A stretch of DNA of 64,000 nucleotides from Lentisphaeria bacterium (GTDB lineage Bacteria; Verrucomicrobiota; Lentisphaeria; JABSQK01; JAWLHB01): contig JAWLHB010000037.1 of assembly GCA_041690595.1 (NCBI GenBank), positions 1 to 64,000 on the forward strand. The letters run 5' to 3'. Positions 21,597-35,000 of this stretch are shown one piece after another. Position numbers and translations under genes: made by a program. Each line of letters begins with the position of its first letter. The first letter of the stretch is position 1. The notes beneath the pieces are model-generated. The model did not search any database, was not told the origin of the DNA, and worked only from the letters and a program-made list of their open reading frames with translations.

Positions 21597-21967
21597 ACGA
21601 GATAATCGGGGTCGTCTGCATCTGGGCGGGATCGCTCTTCATGCTGCTGGCGGCGGTCGGCGCTGTACGGCTGCCGGACATCTATATGCGGCTGCATGCG
21701 ACCACCAAGGCGGCTACGGCCGGCATCGGCCTGATCATCGTGGCCGTCATGCTCTTCAATCATCGCATGGATATACTCGCCCGTTCGGTGGGGGTGCTCT
21801 TCTTCGTCGCCTTGACCGCACCGATTTCCGCCCATCTGATCAGCCGCGCGGCCTATTACTCCGGCGTCAAGAAGTGGAAGCGTACCTTTATCGACGAGCT
21901 GGGCGAGTACTACGACAAGCGCGACCAGATGCCCAAGGACGATGACGATTCCGGAGTGGCCAGGTAA
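21593..21967 (+). CDS. mrpG: Na+/H+ antiporter subunit G
   Basis: RLPDIYMRLHATTKA, LTAPISAHLISRAAY; ATGA overlap with mrpF. Confidence 0.93.
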   Translation: MNEIIGVVCIWAGSLFMLLAAVGAVRLPDIYMRLHATTKAATAGIGLIIVAVMLFNHRMDILARSVGVLFFVALTAPISAHLISRAAYYSGVKKWKRTFIDELGEYYDKRDQMPKDDDDSGVAR

Positions 21968-21972
21968 TCGTC

Positions 21973-24306
21973 ATGAGTATTGTCCTCGCCATCCTGATTG
22001 GTTATGCTGTCGGTGCAATCGCGCCGTGGGTGCACCGCCGCGGGCCGTCCTGGAGCGGTTGGCTTCTCGCGCTGGCGCCGGTTGCGGCCGGGACACTTCT
22101 GGTCACGCATGGCGGCAAGCTTATGGCGGGGGAGACGGTGCAGCTCTCCTATGCATGGCTGCCCGAGCTCGATGTGAGCCTGACCTTCAGGCTCGACGGG
22201 CTCAGTCTGCTCTTTGCATCGCTGGTCTGCCTCATCGGCGCCTGCATCATCGTCTATTCCAGCAGCTACATGCGCGACCACCAGTATGCCGGCCGATTCT
22301 ATTGCTTCATGCTCATGTTCATGGCCTCCATGCTGGGACTGGTCCTTGCCGACGACATCTTCCTCGTCTATATCTTCTTCGAGCTGACCAGCCTCTTTTC
22401 CTTCTTCCTGATCGGGCTCGACGGGGAATCCGCACAGGCACGACGTGCTGCTCGACAGGCGATTCTGGTCACCAACCTTGGCGGACTTGGCCTCCTGGCC
22501 GGCCTCCTGCTGATGGGCAAGCTGACCGGCAACTACACCATCTCCGGCATGGCCGGCGCGGCGGAAACGATTCGCCAAAGCTCACTCTATTTGCCCATCC
22601 TCCTGCTGGTTCTCCTGGCCGCCTTCACCAAGTCCGCGCAATTCCCCTTTTATTTCTGGCTGCCGAACGCGATGGCGGCCCCCACGCCGGTCAGCGCCTA
22701 TCTCCATTCCGCCACCATGGTCAAGGCCGGTGTTTATCTGCTGGCGCGCTTCCACCCCATTCTTGGCGAGACGATCCCGTGGCAGAACATCCTCACCGGA
22801 GTGGGCGCCTTCACCATGCTGGTGAGCGCCTGGCTGGCGCTCCGGCATTACGATCTGAAAGGCATTCTGGCCTACACCACCATCATGGCACTGGGCCTGA
22901 TCACCATGCTGCTCGGTGTCGGCACCACCGCCGCCGTGACCGCCGCGCTGCTCTACGTCGCCATTCACGCCTGCTATAAGGCCGCACTCTTCATGGTTGC
23001 CGGCGCCATCGATCATGGCACGCATACTCGTGATGTTCGCCGCCTTGGAGGGTTGCGCCGGGCGATGCCGTACACCTTCATTGCGACCTTGCTGGCCACC
23101 GTCTCCATGGCCGGGCTGCCCCCTTTCATCGGCTTCATAGGCAAAGAGGGGGCTTACGGGGCCCTGCTGGTGCCGGGTGAGCTTCGCCTGGTCCTGCTGA
23201 CGGCCTCCGTGCTTGCCAATGTCGCCGTGGTCGCCATCGCGGCTGTACTCCTGATAAGGCTCTTTCTCGGCAAGCCGACCGAGACGGCCAGCCATGCTCA
23301 CGCGGCGCCTCCGGCTCTCTGGTTGGGACCGATTCTGCTGGGCGCGATCGGGCTGATCGCCGGGCTCTTCCCCAAGCTGATCAGTGGACCGCTGCTGGCA
23401 GGCGCCGTCGATGCCACGCTCGGCCGCCACGGCGACGTGCACCTCCTCCTCTGGCATGGCTGGAACATCGCCCTTGCCGTCAGTGTGGTGACCGTGCTGG
23501 CGGGTGTGGCCGTCTTCCTGGCATGGCCGCGCCTGCGCGACTCCCGCGCCATGGCCATCTTTGCGAACCTCTTCGACAAAGGCCCTGACGAGGGCTTCGA
23601 ATGGTCTCTCAAGCAGGTCATGGCTTTCGCCTCCTGGCAGACGCGGCTGCTGCAGAACGGTCGCCTCACCTGGTATATCGGCGCCATCCTCCTTACTGGC
23701 GTGCTACTCACCACGGCGAGCATGACGCGCTGGAGCAGCCTTTCGCTGCACCTGGTGCTGCCGACTGATCTCTCGATCCGCGATGGCCTGCTGCTGCTCA
23801 CGATTGTGATCGCCTCGCTGGTCGTGTTGACGTTGACCTCGCGTCTCGCCACGATTCTCGCCTTGAGCCTGATCTCCTACTGCATCGCCCTCGTCTTTCT
23901 TCTGCATGGCGCGCCGGATCTGGCCATCACCCAATTTCTGGTGGAGACCCTGATGGCCATTCTGCTCGTCCTGGCTTTCTATCATCTGCCGCGGCTGCGC
24001 CAGATCTCCTCACGCGGAGCGAGATTCCGCGGCGCCTGCGTCGCCATCCTGACGGGGATGACGGTGACGGTCATGATGCTGGCCGTCCTCCACGTGCCCT
24101 TCGATCCCTACCTGAGCGATTTCTTTGCCGCCAACAGCTACGTGAAAGCGCATGGCAGGAACATCGTGAACGTCATCCTCGTGGATTTCCGGGCTTTGGA
24201 TACGCTGGGCGAGATCACCGTTATCTGCGTGGCGGGTTTGAGCATCTATGCGCTTATCCGGCGCCAGGCGGCAAGCCTCGACTCTGCCGAGGGAGGTGAG
24301 AAATGA
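21973..24306 (+). CDS. mrpA: Na+/H+ antiporter subunit A
   Basis: [65 protein letters not shown]. Confidence 0.96.
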   Translation: MSIVLAILIGYAVGAIAPWVHRRGPSWSGWLLALAPVAAGTLLVTHGGKLMAGETVQLSYAWLPELDVSLTFRLDGLSLLFASLVCLIGACIIVYSSSYMRDHQYAGRFYCFMLMFMASMLGLVLADDIFLVYIFFELTSLFSFFLIGLDGESAQARRAARQAILVTNLGGLGLLAGLLLMGKLTGNYTISGMAGAAETIRQSSLYLPILLLVLLAAFTKSAQFPFYFWLPNAMAAPTPVSAYLHSATMVKAGVYLLARFHPILGETIPWQNILTGVGAFTMLVSAWLALRHYDLKGILAYTTIMALGLITMLLGVGTTAAVTAALLYVAIHACYKAALFMVAGAIDHGTHTRDVRRLGGLRRAMPYTFIATLLATVSMAGLPPFIGFIGKEGAYGALLVPGELRLVLLTASVLANVAVVAIAAVLLIRLFLGKPTETASHAHAAPPALWLGPILLGAIGLIAGLFPKLISGPLLAGAVDATLGRHGDVHLLLWHGWNIALAVSVVTVLAGVAVFLAWPRLRDSRAMAIFANLFDKGPDEGFEWSLKQVMAFASWQTRLLQNGRLTWYIGAILLTGVLLTTASMTRWSSLSLHLVLPTDLSIRDGLLLLTIVIASLVVLTLTSRLATILALSLISYCIALVFLLHGAPDLAITQFLVETLMAILLVLAFYHLPRLRQISSRGARFRGACVAILTGMTVTVMMLAVLHVPFDPYLSDFFAANSYVKAHGRNIVNVILVDFRALDTLGEITVICVAGLSIYALIRRQAASLDSAEGGEK

Positions 24307-24755
24307 CACCTTCCCTGATTCTGAGGACGGCGACGCGGCTGCTCATCCCGGTGATGCTGCTCTTTTCCGCGCATCTGCTGGTGGAAGGCCACCACAGCCC
24401 CGGAGGCGGCTTTGCCGGCGGCTTGCTGGCCGCGGGAGCCTTCTCCCTGTATGCGATCGCCTATGGCATTCGTGAAGCAAGGCGGGGACTGCCGGTGCAT
24501 CCGCTGACGTTGCTCGGCATCGGGCTGGCACTTGCCGTGGCGAGCGGGCTGCTGCCGCTGCTGGCCGGCAAGGCCTTCCTCGAAGGCATGTGGGGAGCGC
24601 CCACCCGCCTGCTGGGGCTGCAACTGGAACTCGGTACACCACTCGTCTTCGACCTTGGCGTCTACTTCATCGTCGTCGGCACCAGCCTCACCGCGATTTT
24701 CGAGCTCGAAGATACTTTTGACGAGGACGATCCGAACCCCACGCCCCCGAACTGA
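24303..24755 (+). CDS. mrpB: Na+/H+ antiporter subunit B
   Basis: [19 protein letters not shown]. Confidence 0.95.
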   Translation: MTPSLILRTATRLLIPVMLLFSAHLLVEGHHSPGGGFAGGLLAAGAFSLYAIAYGIREARRGLPVHPLTLLGIGLALAVASGLLPLLAGKAFLEGMWGAPTRLLGLQLELGTPLVFDLGVYFIVVGTSLTAIFELEDTFDEDDPNPTPPN

Positions 24756-24759
24756 GGCC

Positions 24760-25133
24760 ATGGAAACGATTCTTGCCATCATAACCGGTCTGCTCTTTGC
24801 CGTCAGCACCTATCTGCTGCAGCAGCGGCATATTCTGCGCGTCTTCTTCGGTCTGGTCCTCCTGTCGAACGCCGTGAACGTCGTGATTTTTACCATGGGA
24901 CGGCTGGGATCCTCTGCCTCGCCGCTGATTCCAGAAGGTGAAACGGTTCTGCTTGCTCCATCCGCGAACCCGCTTCCCCAGGCGCTCATCCTGACGGCCA
25001 TCGTCATCGGCTTCGGTTTGCTCGCCTTCATGCTGGTCCTGATCTTCCGCACCGAGAAGGCTCTGCAAACGGTCGATACGAATGAGATGGCCGAGGCGGA
25101 ACTCAACGAGGAATCAGCGGAGGAGGCTGCCTC

Positions 25134-25137
<4 letters not shown>
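24760..25137 (+). CDS. mrpC: Na+/H+ antiporter subunit C
   Basis: NPLPQALILTAIVIGF. Confidence 0.95.
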
Positions 25138-26625
<1,488 letters not shown>

Positions 26626-26633
<8 letters not shown>

Positions 26634-27120
26634 AAGCTTGCTGATCAACGTCATGCTGGCGCTGGTATGGACCGCGGTAAGCGGCACGGTCAACAGCACC
26701 AATCTGCTGGTGGGACTGGTGCTGGGCTATGTGATCCTCCTGATCGCGCAGCCGCTGATCGAAGTGGCCAACTACGTGGAGCGGGTATGGGCGCTGACGG
26801 ATCTGCTGCTGACCTTCATCCGCGAGCTGTTGCTCTCCAGCTTTCGCGTGGCCAAGGATGTCATCATGCCCTCGCATGCGCATCTCGATCCCGGCGTCAT
26901 CGCCGTTCCGGTCGATCTGGAAACAGAGCTGGAACTGACCGTCTTCGCCAATCTCATCTCCTTGACGCCGGGCACCTTGACCCTCGACCACTCGGCGGAC
27001 AAGCGCTTCCTCTACATCCACGTCATGGATATCCAGGACCGGGACGTGGAGGCAGTGCGCCGCAATCTCAAGGAGCTGTTCGAGGAGCGTGTGCGTCGTG
27101 CCTTTGGCAAGGGACCTTAG
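26626..27120 (+). CDS. mrpE: Na+/H+ antiporter subunit E
   Basis: ANLISLTPGTL, LYIHVMD, FEERV. Confidence 0.94.
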
Positions 27121-27917
27121 ACTTCGGGTTCACCTCTGGTGTCCAGGATGCCGAGCCGCCAGTCGATGAGTTCGCCCTTCTGGAGGACAGGTTCGGCGGC
27201 GCCCTTGCGGGTCATGCCGTCGCTGCTGGTGATGATCTCGCTGGAGTACTGCGCCAGGTAGACGCGGCGCATCTTGTCGGTGGTGTTGGCGCCGCTGCGA
27301 TGGAAGACGAGACTGCTGAAGCAGACGATGCTGCCGGCCGGAGCGGAGATGGCGATGCCCGGATCGCTGCCGAAATAGCCAACCATGTCGTTACTTCCGG
27401 GCTCCTGCGTATGGTGGACATAAGTACGTATGCCGCTGCGCGAATAGGGAAGCAGGTGAACCGTTCCGTTCTTCTCGGAGACGTCGTCGAGCGGAATCCA
27501 GCAGGTCAGGTAGGCCGGATGCTCCGGGTAGCCGACGTAGCCGGAATCCTGGTGCCAGGAAAACTTCATGCCGGTGTCAGCGGCCTTGATCACATACTGC
27601 TCCCAGAAGAGATACGCATCTTCTCCAATGGTGGCGCGGCAGATGTCGCCCATCAGCGGGCTCTTGATAAAGCGAAGAAGCTCGGGACGCTCCCGCCAGA
27701 CATGCGCGCTGAAATAGCGCTTGCCGCGGTGGCAGATGCCGATACTGTCGACCCTCTCCCTATCCATTTGCTGGTGAATGCGGTCGATCGCATAATCTGC
27801 CTCATGTCGCAACAGATCCAGATGTTCCTCGGGAAGTGCGGATTTGAGAACGAAGTATCCTTCATCGCGGTACTGCTGAACATCTTTCTGGGTAACGAGG
27901 GGGGTATCGGTTGCCAT
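27117..27917 (-). CDS. Phytanoyl-CoA dioxygenase (PhyH) family Fe(II)/2OG oxygenase
   Basis: WHQD, CWIPLDD..NG, FHRSGAN, MRR. Confidence 0.9.
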   Translation of the reverse strand: MATDTPLVTQKDVQQYRDEGYFVLKSALPEEHLDLLRHEADYAIDRIHQQMDRERVDSIGICHRGKRYFSAHVWRERPELLRFIKSPLMGDICRATIGEDAYLFWEQYVIKAADTGMKFSWHQDSGYVGYPEHPAYLTCWIPLDDVSEKNGTVHLLPYSRSGIRTYVHHTQEPGSNDMVGYFGSDPGIAISAPAGSIVCFSSLVFHRSGANTTDKMRRVYLAQYSSEIITSSDGMTRKGAAEPVLQKGELIDWRLGILDTRGEPEV

Positions 27918-28053
27918 GGCCAGTTCTCCTTCCGTGGTGGCTTGGGGGACGTGTGTGTTTCCCTTAAGATAAAGGCAGTCTGGTAGCGGCTGCCACTTGG
28001 TGGTACGTTTCGTGTGTTGGCAGATTCATAAATCGTCTTTGCAAGGAAGTCCC

Positions 28054-29046
28054 ATGATCCAGACCCGACGCCTGCCCGACAATCCGATCATCACTCCTGA
28101 CATGCTGCCGGGAGCAGATGGTGCCAACATCAATGGTCCCTCCATGATCCGCGTCCCGTCCTGGGTCGATCGGCCATTGGGCCGCTACTACCTCTATTTT
28201 GCACATCATGGCGGCACCTATATTCGCCTGGCGTATGCCGAGGCGGTGGAGGGGCCCTGGCGGATCCATCCGGGAGGGGTGCTTCGTCTGGATGATGCAC
28301 CGACGCTGCGCGGTCATATTGCCAGCCCCGATGTTCTTGTCGACGATCGCGAGCAGACGATGCGGTTGTACTATCATGGGCCGTCGGATCACCCGGATTA
28401 CCCGCAGGCCTCGGCCCTGGCCATCAGCCGGGATGGGCTCAGCTTCACGACGGACGGTCGCCTTCTTGCTCCCTATTACCTGCGGGTCTTCCAGTATGGC
28501 GACGCCTGGTACGGCTTTGTCTGGGGCGGGCATCTCTTTCGCTCGCCGGATGGCATCGAGCCCTTCGAGTCGGTCTATGGTGAGGAGCTTCGTTTCCGGC
28601 GCTACCTTCAGGAGAGTGAGCTGTCACCCGCGGCGGTCACTCAGCCATCGCCCTTCGATCATCTCTTCTTCGGGCGGGTGGCGGAAGAAGGAGGGGGGCA
28701 CCTGCGGATCCGGCACCTGGCCCTCGACCTGCAAGCAGAGGAACAGCGGCTGGTCGCCTACTTCACCTGCACGGGCGGGCAACCGGAGCGGGTGCAGCGT
28801 GCAAGCATCGACCTGCGGCCCGACTGGCATGCGTGGGAGGCCACGGAGTTGGAGGAGGTTCTGGGGCCGGAGGAGCCGTGGGAAGGGGCAAATTTGCCGC
28901 TCACCAAGTCATGCAACGGCTCCGCCAAGCCGGAAGGGGAGCAGGCGCTGCGCGATCCAGCCATCTATCGTGAAGGTGAGCGCGCCTGGCTCCTCTACTG
29001 CGTTCGCGGCGAGAGGGGCATTGCCATCGCCGAATTGAACGAGTAG
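28054..29046 (+). CDS. Five-bladed beta-propeller glycosidase-like protein
   Basis: NPII, NGPS, YYLYFAHH, ASPDV, YYHG, LRDPAIY blade motifs; no signal peptide. Confidence 0.6.
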   Translation: MIQTRRLPDNPIITPDMLPGADGANINGPSMIRVPSWVDRPLGRYYLYFAHHGGTYIRLAYAEAVEGPWRIHPGGVLRLDDAPTLRGHIASPDVLVDDREQTMRLYYHGPSDHPDYPQASALAISRDGLSFTTDGRLLAPYYLRVFQYGDAWYGFVWGGHLFRSPDGIEPFESVYGEELRFRRYLQESELSPAAVTQPSPFDHLFFGRVAEEGGGHLRIRHLALDLQAEEQRLVAYFTCTGGQPERVQRASIDLRPDWHAWEATELEEVLGPEEPWEGANLPLTKSCNGSAKPEGEQALRDPAIYREGERAWLLYCVRGERGIAIAELNE

Positions 29047-29071
29047 AGGAGACGCAAGTTCCTGATCGGGG

Positions 29072-32000
29072 CTAATAGTAGTAGCCCTCGCGTGTGTATG
29101 TGCCTGGCACCAGGTTTTGCTCTACCCAGTCCATTGCCGCATCGATGCTCATTGGCGTGGCATTGAGCAGCAGGGTTTCACCGCGCACGTTGGCCTGCAA
29201 CTTGAGCTGGGAGACATTGCCGCAATCCTGATAATGATTAGAGATGTCGCCGGCAAGGGTCAGTGGTATGCTTACCTGCGTATTGGGCCGGATGGTAACG
29301 ATTGTCCTTCGCCCATTTGCGAGCCAGAAACGTGAGCTTTGCTCGTCATTGTATTGGCTGCCCAGGAAGCGATAGCTGGTTGTGCCAAGCTGCAGAGTAT
29401 AGCGAATGCGGTTGCCATGCATCAGATCATCGATGGTGTAGGTTCGCTCGGACACCTTCGCCTTCAGCAATCGCACCTCGCTGGTCCCGAAGTCGACAAG
29501 CAGATAGCCTGGATAGTTGACTTGGCGATAGATTCCGTCAACAACCTCGTAGCCGGTAATGGTCGAGTTGTAGAGGACCAGCGGACCGCCGGGGTAGGAG
29601 CTTTCCTCCGTCATTAGCTCGGGCGCTGAGGCGGTGGCGGTGATCGTGATGCCGGCTTCAGCAGCAAGCTGCTCGACCAACTGGGCATGGGAGAGGATGG
29701 CGGAATTGGCCGCGCGGGTTCTCGCCAAGTCGATTCGCGCCTGGGCGTTTGCGCTGGCAAAGCTGGTTGGCCCGATGGCGCGCCCCGCCGTCCAGAGACC
29801 GCTCAGCATCTGGGGAGCGAGGCCGGTGGCTGCACCGCCCAGATCGAGGAGCGACGGCGAGACGACGCCGACCATCGCAAGATGCGCGTACTCGGCGATC
29901 TGGCCCGGTCCAAGCATGGTTACCGCACAACGATTGGTGAGAGACCAGAAGTCGCTCGGCTGCGTGCCGGTGTTGAACCAGATGGCGTCTCCATCAGCAT
30001 AGGTGACGTTGGTCTGGCTGCCATCCATCCCCTTGGCGAGGATCGTCACTGCCTGATTATCGAGGTCGAAGATCAGGTATCCCGCGATATCGACGGGGCC
30101 GGCATAGCCGCCATGGCGATTGCCTCGCACGTTGAAGGTGTAGACGATGTTGTGTGGCTGGTCGTCGCTGGTCACCGTGACGGCAAAGACCGCATTGAGA
30201 TAGGACGTTGCCGACGCGACAATGGTCACCTGCTGCTCCCCGTCGATCAGCGTATCGTCCTGGGCGGAAATGGCGAAGGTGGCAGAAGTCTGGTTCGCGG
30301 CAAAGAGGAGGGTCGATGGCACTGTTGCCTCGCTGGTGTCGCTGCTGGCAAGGGTGCAGGTGAGAGGTTCAAGGCTGTTGCGGGTCACCGTGCCGATTGC
30401 CGCCTGGGGGCCGTCCGCCTCACTGAAGGTCGTGGGGGCGATGACCAGTTGCAGGCGCGGCGTGTCGTTGTCCAGAATGGTGCAGGTCGCGGCATCATCG
30501 TCGAGCGACGCATTGACCGCGTTGGTGAGGACGAGGTCGAACTGCTCGTCACCTTCGACCCATGTGTCATGCAGAATCCGAACGGTAACGGTCACCGTCA
30601 TGGCGTAAGGAGCGAAGGTGAGTGTGCCGCTGGTGCTTTCGTAGTCTTCGTCAGGCGTTGCCGTGCCCTCTACCGAATGGTAGCTGACGGTAACGGGCAA
30701 TGGACTCGGTTCGCTCAACATCAGCACGAATTCGCCATCGGGAAGTGTGCCGCTGCCCGGCTCCCAGACGCTGATGTCTTCGACCAGGATAGTCGGCACG
30801 TCATTGTCGACGATGGTGACAATGGCGGTTGTTGTCCCCGCGATGGCATTGACGGGCGTGCCGAGCTGTACCAGGAAGCTCTCGTCTCCTTCGACGGTGT
30901 CGTCGTCGACGATGGTCAAGGTGATCTCCTTGCTGGTCTCACCGGGGGCAAAGATCAGGGTGCCATTGGCGGCGCTATAGTCCTGTGGCGCCACCGCGGC
31001 TTGTGTGCCGTTACCGTCGAGCGTCTGCCAGGGGACGGTGACGGTGAAGCTGCTGACGAGGGAGAGCTCGACAGTGACGGTGCCGCTGCCGGTCGATTCG
31101 TAGGCGCGTGCATTGGCGGTGCTGACGATGGCTATGTCGTCATTCAAGATGGTAACCGTAGCCATTGCGGTGCCGATTGCCGCGCTCACCGGCGAGTGCA
31201 GCTCGACAAAGAAGGTTTCATCCGCCTCGTCCACCTCGTCGGTAATGATGGAAAGATCCAGCAGATGACTGGTGCTTCCGGGCGGGAAGGTAATCATGCC
31301 GGCGGCATCGATGTAATCCTCTCCGGCCGTAGCGGTGCCCGGGAGAAGGCGGTAGCTCACTGTCGTCGTCAACACGTTGGGTTCATCAAGGGTAATGGCT
31401 ATGGTGGCGATGGTGACGCCGATATCACCTTCGGTAACGGAGGTGCCCGCGATGCTCAGGCTTGGCAAGGCGTCATCGATGGTGACGGTGGCGGCAGTTG
31501 ACGAACCCAGGTCGTATGCGGGGTCGGGAAGCAGGGCCAGGATGACTGTCTCCAGCGGATCATAGACGCCATCCTCCAGGGGGCTGACGACAAGGTCCAC
31601 CGTCCACGCGCCGGCGGGGATGATTGCCGGAGAACTCAGGGTTGCGTAATCGACGCCATTGTCCGCTGATCCGCCAAGGGAGAAGAGGACGGTGAGGGGG
31701 AGCGAATTGGTGCCGGTGCGGGTGATGCGGAAGGTGCCGCTCTCGCCATTCTCGTGGGCGCTGTCATCGATCGCGGTGACGGAGACGACTTCGCGGATGT
31801 CGGTGACCGTTATGGTGACGGTGGCCGGGGCGGAATAGGCCTGGCCATCGAAGGCGCGATAGGTAAAGGTGACGATGCCGTCAAAGCCGGCAGCGGGCAC
31901 GTAGGTGAAGCTGCCGTTCGCGGAGAGAGTGAGAGTCCCGGTGGTGACACCGGTGACCAAGCTGACCGTGAGGTTCTGCCCCTGGTTGTCCCAATCGTTG

Positions 32001-35000
32001 GAGAGCACACCCGGTTCGGCCACGACGAGAGTGACATCCTCATCGACGGTGTAGCTGTCATCTACGGCCACTGGCGGATCGTTGGTCTCGATCTGGTTGT
32101 ACTGGGCCGACTTGACGCTGCTCGGGTTCCATGGCGTACGCCAGGCTCGAGCCTTGAGCTGGCCAGGCAGATCCACGGAGATTGTTCCGCCGGAGGCGAC
32201 GCTTGGCGACGCTTCGGTCGGCTCGCTGCCGTCGGTCGTATAGTGAATGACTGCACCAGGCGTCGCACAAGTAACGACGACATCCAGGGCGACCCCCGCA
32301 TAACTGCCGCCATCCGGCAGGAAGGTTGGCGTGGCGACGGTACTGCGCACGGCGTACTCGGCCGTGCAAAGGGTATCTTCCGCCAGTGCCAGGTTGAGTG
32401 ATCTAACCGCTTCGGGCTGCGAGGTCTCGTTGACGATCCAGCGGACAAAGTCGTAGTCTGTCTCATCTATCAGCAGGGAGGCCGGGGCCTCCAGATTCAC
32501 CGTGGCGCCATCGGCGACGATGACGCTGTAGGCGGTGGCGCCGGGGTGGGTGCCGGAAATCGCCACACCGGAGACGGGCAGCGACTCCACGGTCAGCAGG
32601 CGGGTCGGTGCATAATGAGCTACCGCCGCAATGTCGTCCGCCATGACCAGGTTAACAGTCTGCTGGCCGGTGGTCCATTCGCCGGCGATCTCCCAGTGGC
32701 TGAAGGCGTAGCCGTCAATGACCGCCGGTACGCTGAGCTTCACGGGGAAGCCGATGTCATAGGTACGGGTGAAGCTGGTGGGCGCACCGAGCAGCTCGGT
32801 ATTGTCGGCGGGCGAAACGGTGACCGGCACCTCGGTGATGGGGAATGAGGAAACAGCAAGCTCGCGGACTGGCGGCACAATAGTGACTCCGCTGACCAGC
32901 AGGAAATCGTCGAACCAGGCAGTGCTTGGGCCAACGGTACTGGCGGTCGACCACCCGTTCAGATAGACGACGAACGCCTGGGTGGCGGGGTCGAAGGGGC
33001 TCTGCAGAAGGTTCTGCAGCACCCAGTCACCATTGTCTGGATCGGCGGTGCGCCAGTAGCCGTTGACGCTGAGATAGAGGCTGTCCGTGCTCGCGTCGTA
33101 ACCCATGTAGAGCGTACCGCCGGTGGTGGAACGCGCGATGGCGGTACCGGTCGGTTCATTGCCGGCCGTCTGGGTGATGACCTTGTAGATGGCTCCGTCA
33201 CCAGAAGTCTGGCCGACGGCCAGCTCGACGCTGTCACTGGCGCCGGCGGCGATGCCGAAGCTGAGGCCGGCATCGTTGGCGTTGGGCGCATCCAGATGCC
33301 AGTCCACCTGCATCATGAAGGATTGCTCCGCATTCAGCATCCAGCCGCGGGAGACGTAGCGGGCATCGTTGTCCGCCTCGGCCGTGGCGCGCAGTTCGAG
33401 ACGCTCATCGGTCTCAAGGAGATGGATGGGATCGGCCGGATCGGTGTAGCCGTACCACATGGCGCCGCGCGCATTATCGGTGAAGAGGTCATGCTTCAAG
33501 GTGTAGCGGGCCAGCAATCTGCTGTCGGCGCGCGCAGTGAAGGCGATGGATGCCGAAGGATCGATAATCGAGTGCGAAGCGTTTTCCCACCAGAGAAAGA
33601 TCTCGTCGTTTGCCGTGGAAGGCGCGGTCAGCGAGACGCTGGTTCCATCGGCGATCGTTCTGGCGTAAGGGGTCGTGCCTGGATGGGTGCCGGTGATCTC
33701 GATGACGCTCCATGGTGCGGAATCGACTTGCAGCAAGTGCGTGACGATCTCATACTGGGCGGTTACGGTGACATCCTCTTCAATGTTGAAGGTCAGCGAG
33801 GTGACGCCGACGTCCTGCGCCTGGCCGTCAAACAGCCACCCGACGAAGCGATGGGCGTTGCCGCTGAAGGTGGCGGTCAACGGAGCGGAGAGGCTGACGC
33901 TGCCATGATCGTCCATGACGGCCAAATAGGGAGTTGAGCCACCGGGCGTGCCGGTGATGATAACCCCTCCTCCCGGTGAACTCTGCACCGTCAGTTGCCG
34001 CGGAACGATACCGTATACGGCGACGCAGGCGTGTGGCTGGAGCATCTGGAAGGAGATCGAGGTTTGGCCCGCGGTCATGTCGGCACCGTCGAGCTGCCAA
34101 TGGAGGAAGCGGTAGTCGACAAGGCCGCTGGCGGCATATTCAGGGGCGGTCAGGGTCACTGTCTCCTGGTCATGTACGCGGACGCTGTAGCCGGTGGTGC
34201 CGCTTTGGCTGCCGCTGATGAGAAGCCCACTGACGGGTGTGGAGGAGACGGTGAGGAGATGATTCGGCAGGACGGTGACGGTGGTCGTCTCGGTGTTGGC
34301 CAGAACGCTGTCGGAGACGGCGAGTGTGAGGGTGTAGATGCCGGCTTCCGTCCAGGTGTGGGCAAAGGAAGCGGTGGCGACGTCGGTGACGGAATCGTCA
34401 TCGAGATCCCAGGCAAAGGAGAGGCTGTCGCCATTGGGGTCGGAGGAGGCAGAGCCATCGACGGTCAGCGGTTCGTACGCATAGGTCAGGTAGGGGCCTC
34501 CCGGTCGCGAAACGGGGGCCAGGTTGCCGCTGACCTGGACGCGCAGGTACTCCCATTCAGAGACCAGTGGAACGTCATCATTCAGGACGCCGTTGTCGGT
34601 GACGCGCAAGGCGATGCTGGCGAAGCCGATGGTGGAGAAGGCATGGCCGATCCGCGACATGTCGGCACCGCTCCATTCCGCGACGCCGTCGTTATTCACG
34701 TCCCATTCGTAGAGGGTGATCCGGTCACCGGGATCGATATCGAAGGAGGCGGAACCATCGAAGGAGCGGGTAATACCTTGCGTCACGGCGTCCGGTCCGG
34801 AGATCCTGGCATAGGGAGCATGAGGCGGTTCCGCTACGACCAGTTGGAACTCGATCGTGTCAGTCTGTGGAGGCAGATTGTCGTCGGTGACGCGCAGGCG
34901 GACGAGGAAGGTCGTCGGGAGGTCGCCCCCGACCTCTGGATTGGGATCGGGATAGGTGTAGGTGGCGCCGGGATCGGTTGCCTGAGAAGTGGTAAAGTCC

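Noticed and set aside
29072..29400. Autotransporter beta-barrel suggested by the terminal YYY
   Set aside because: No ~300-aa alternating amphipathic strand pattern; the terminus looks helical
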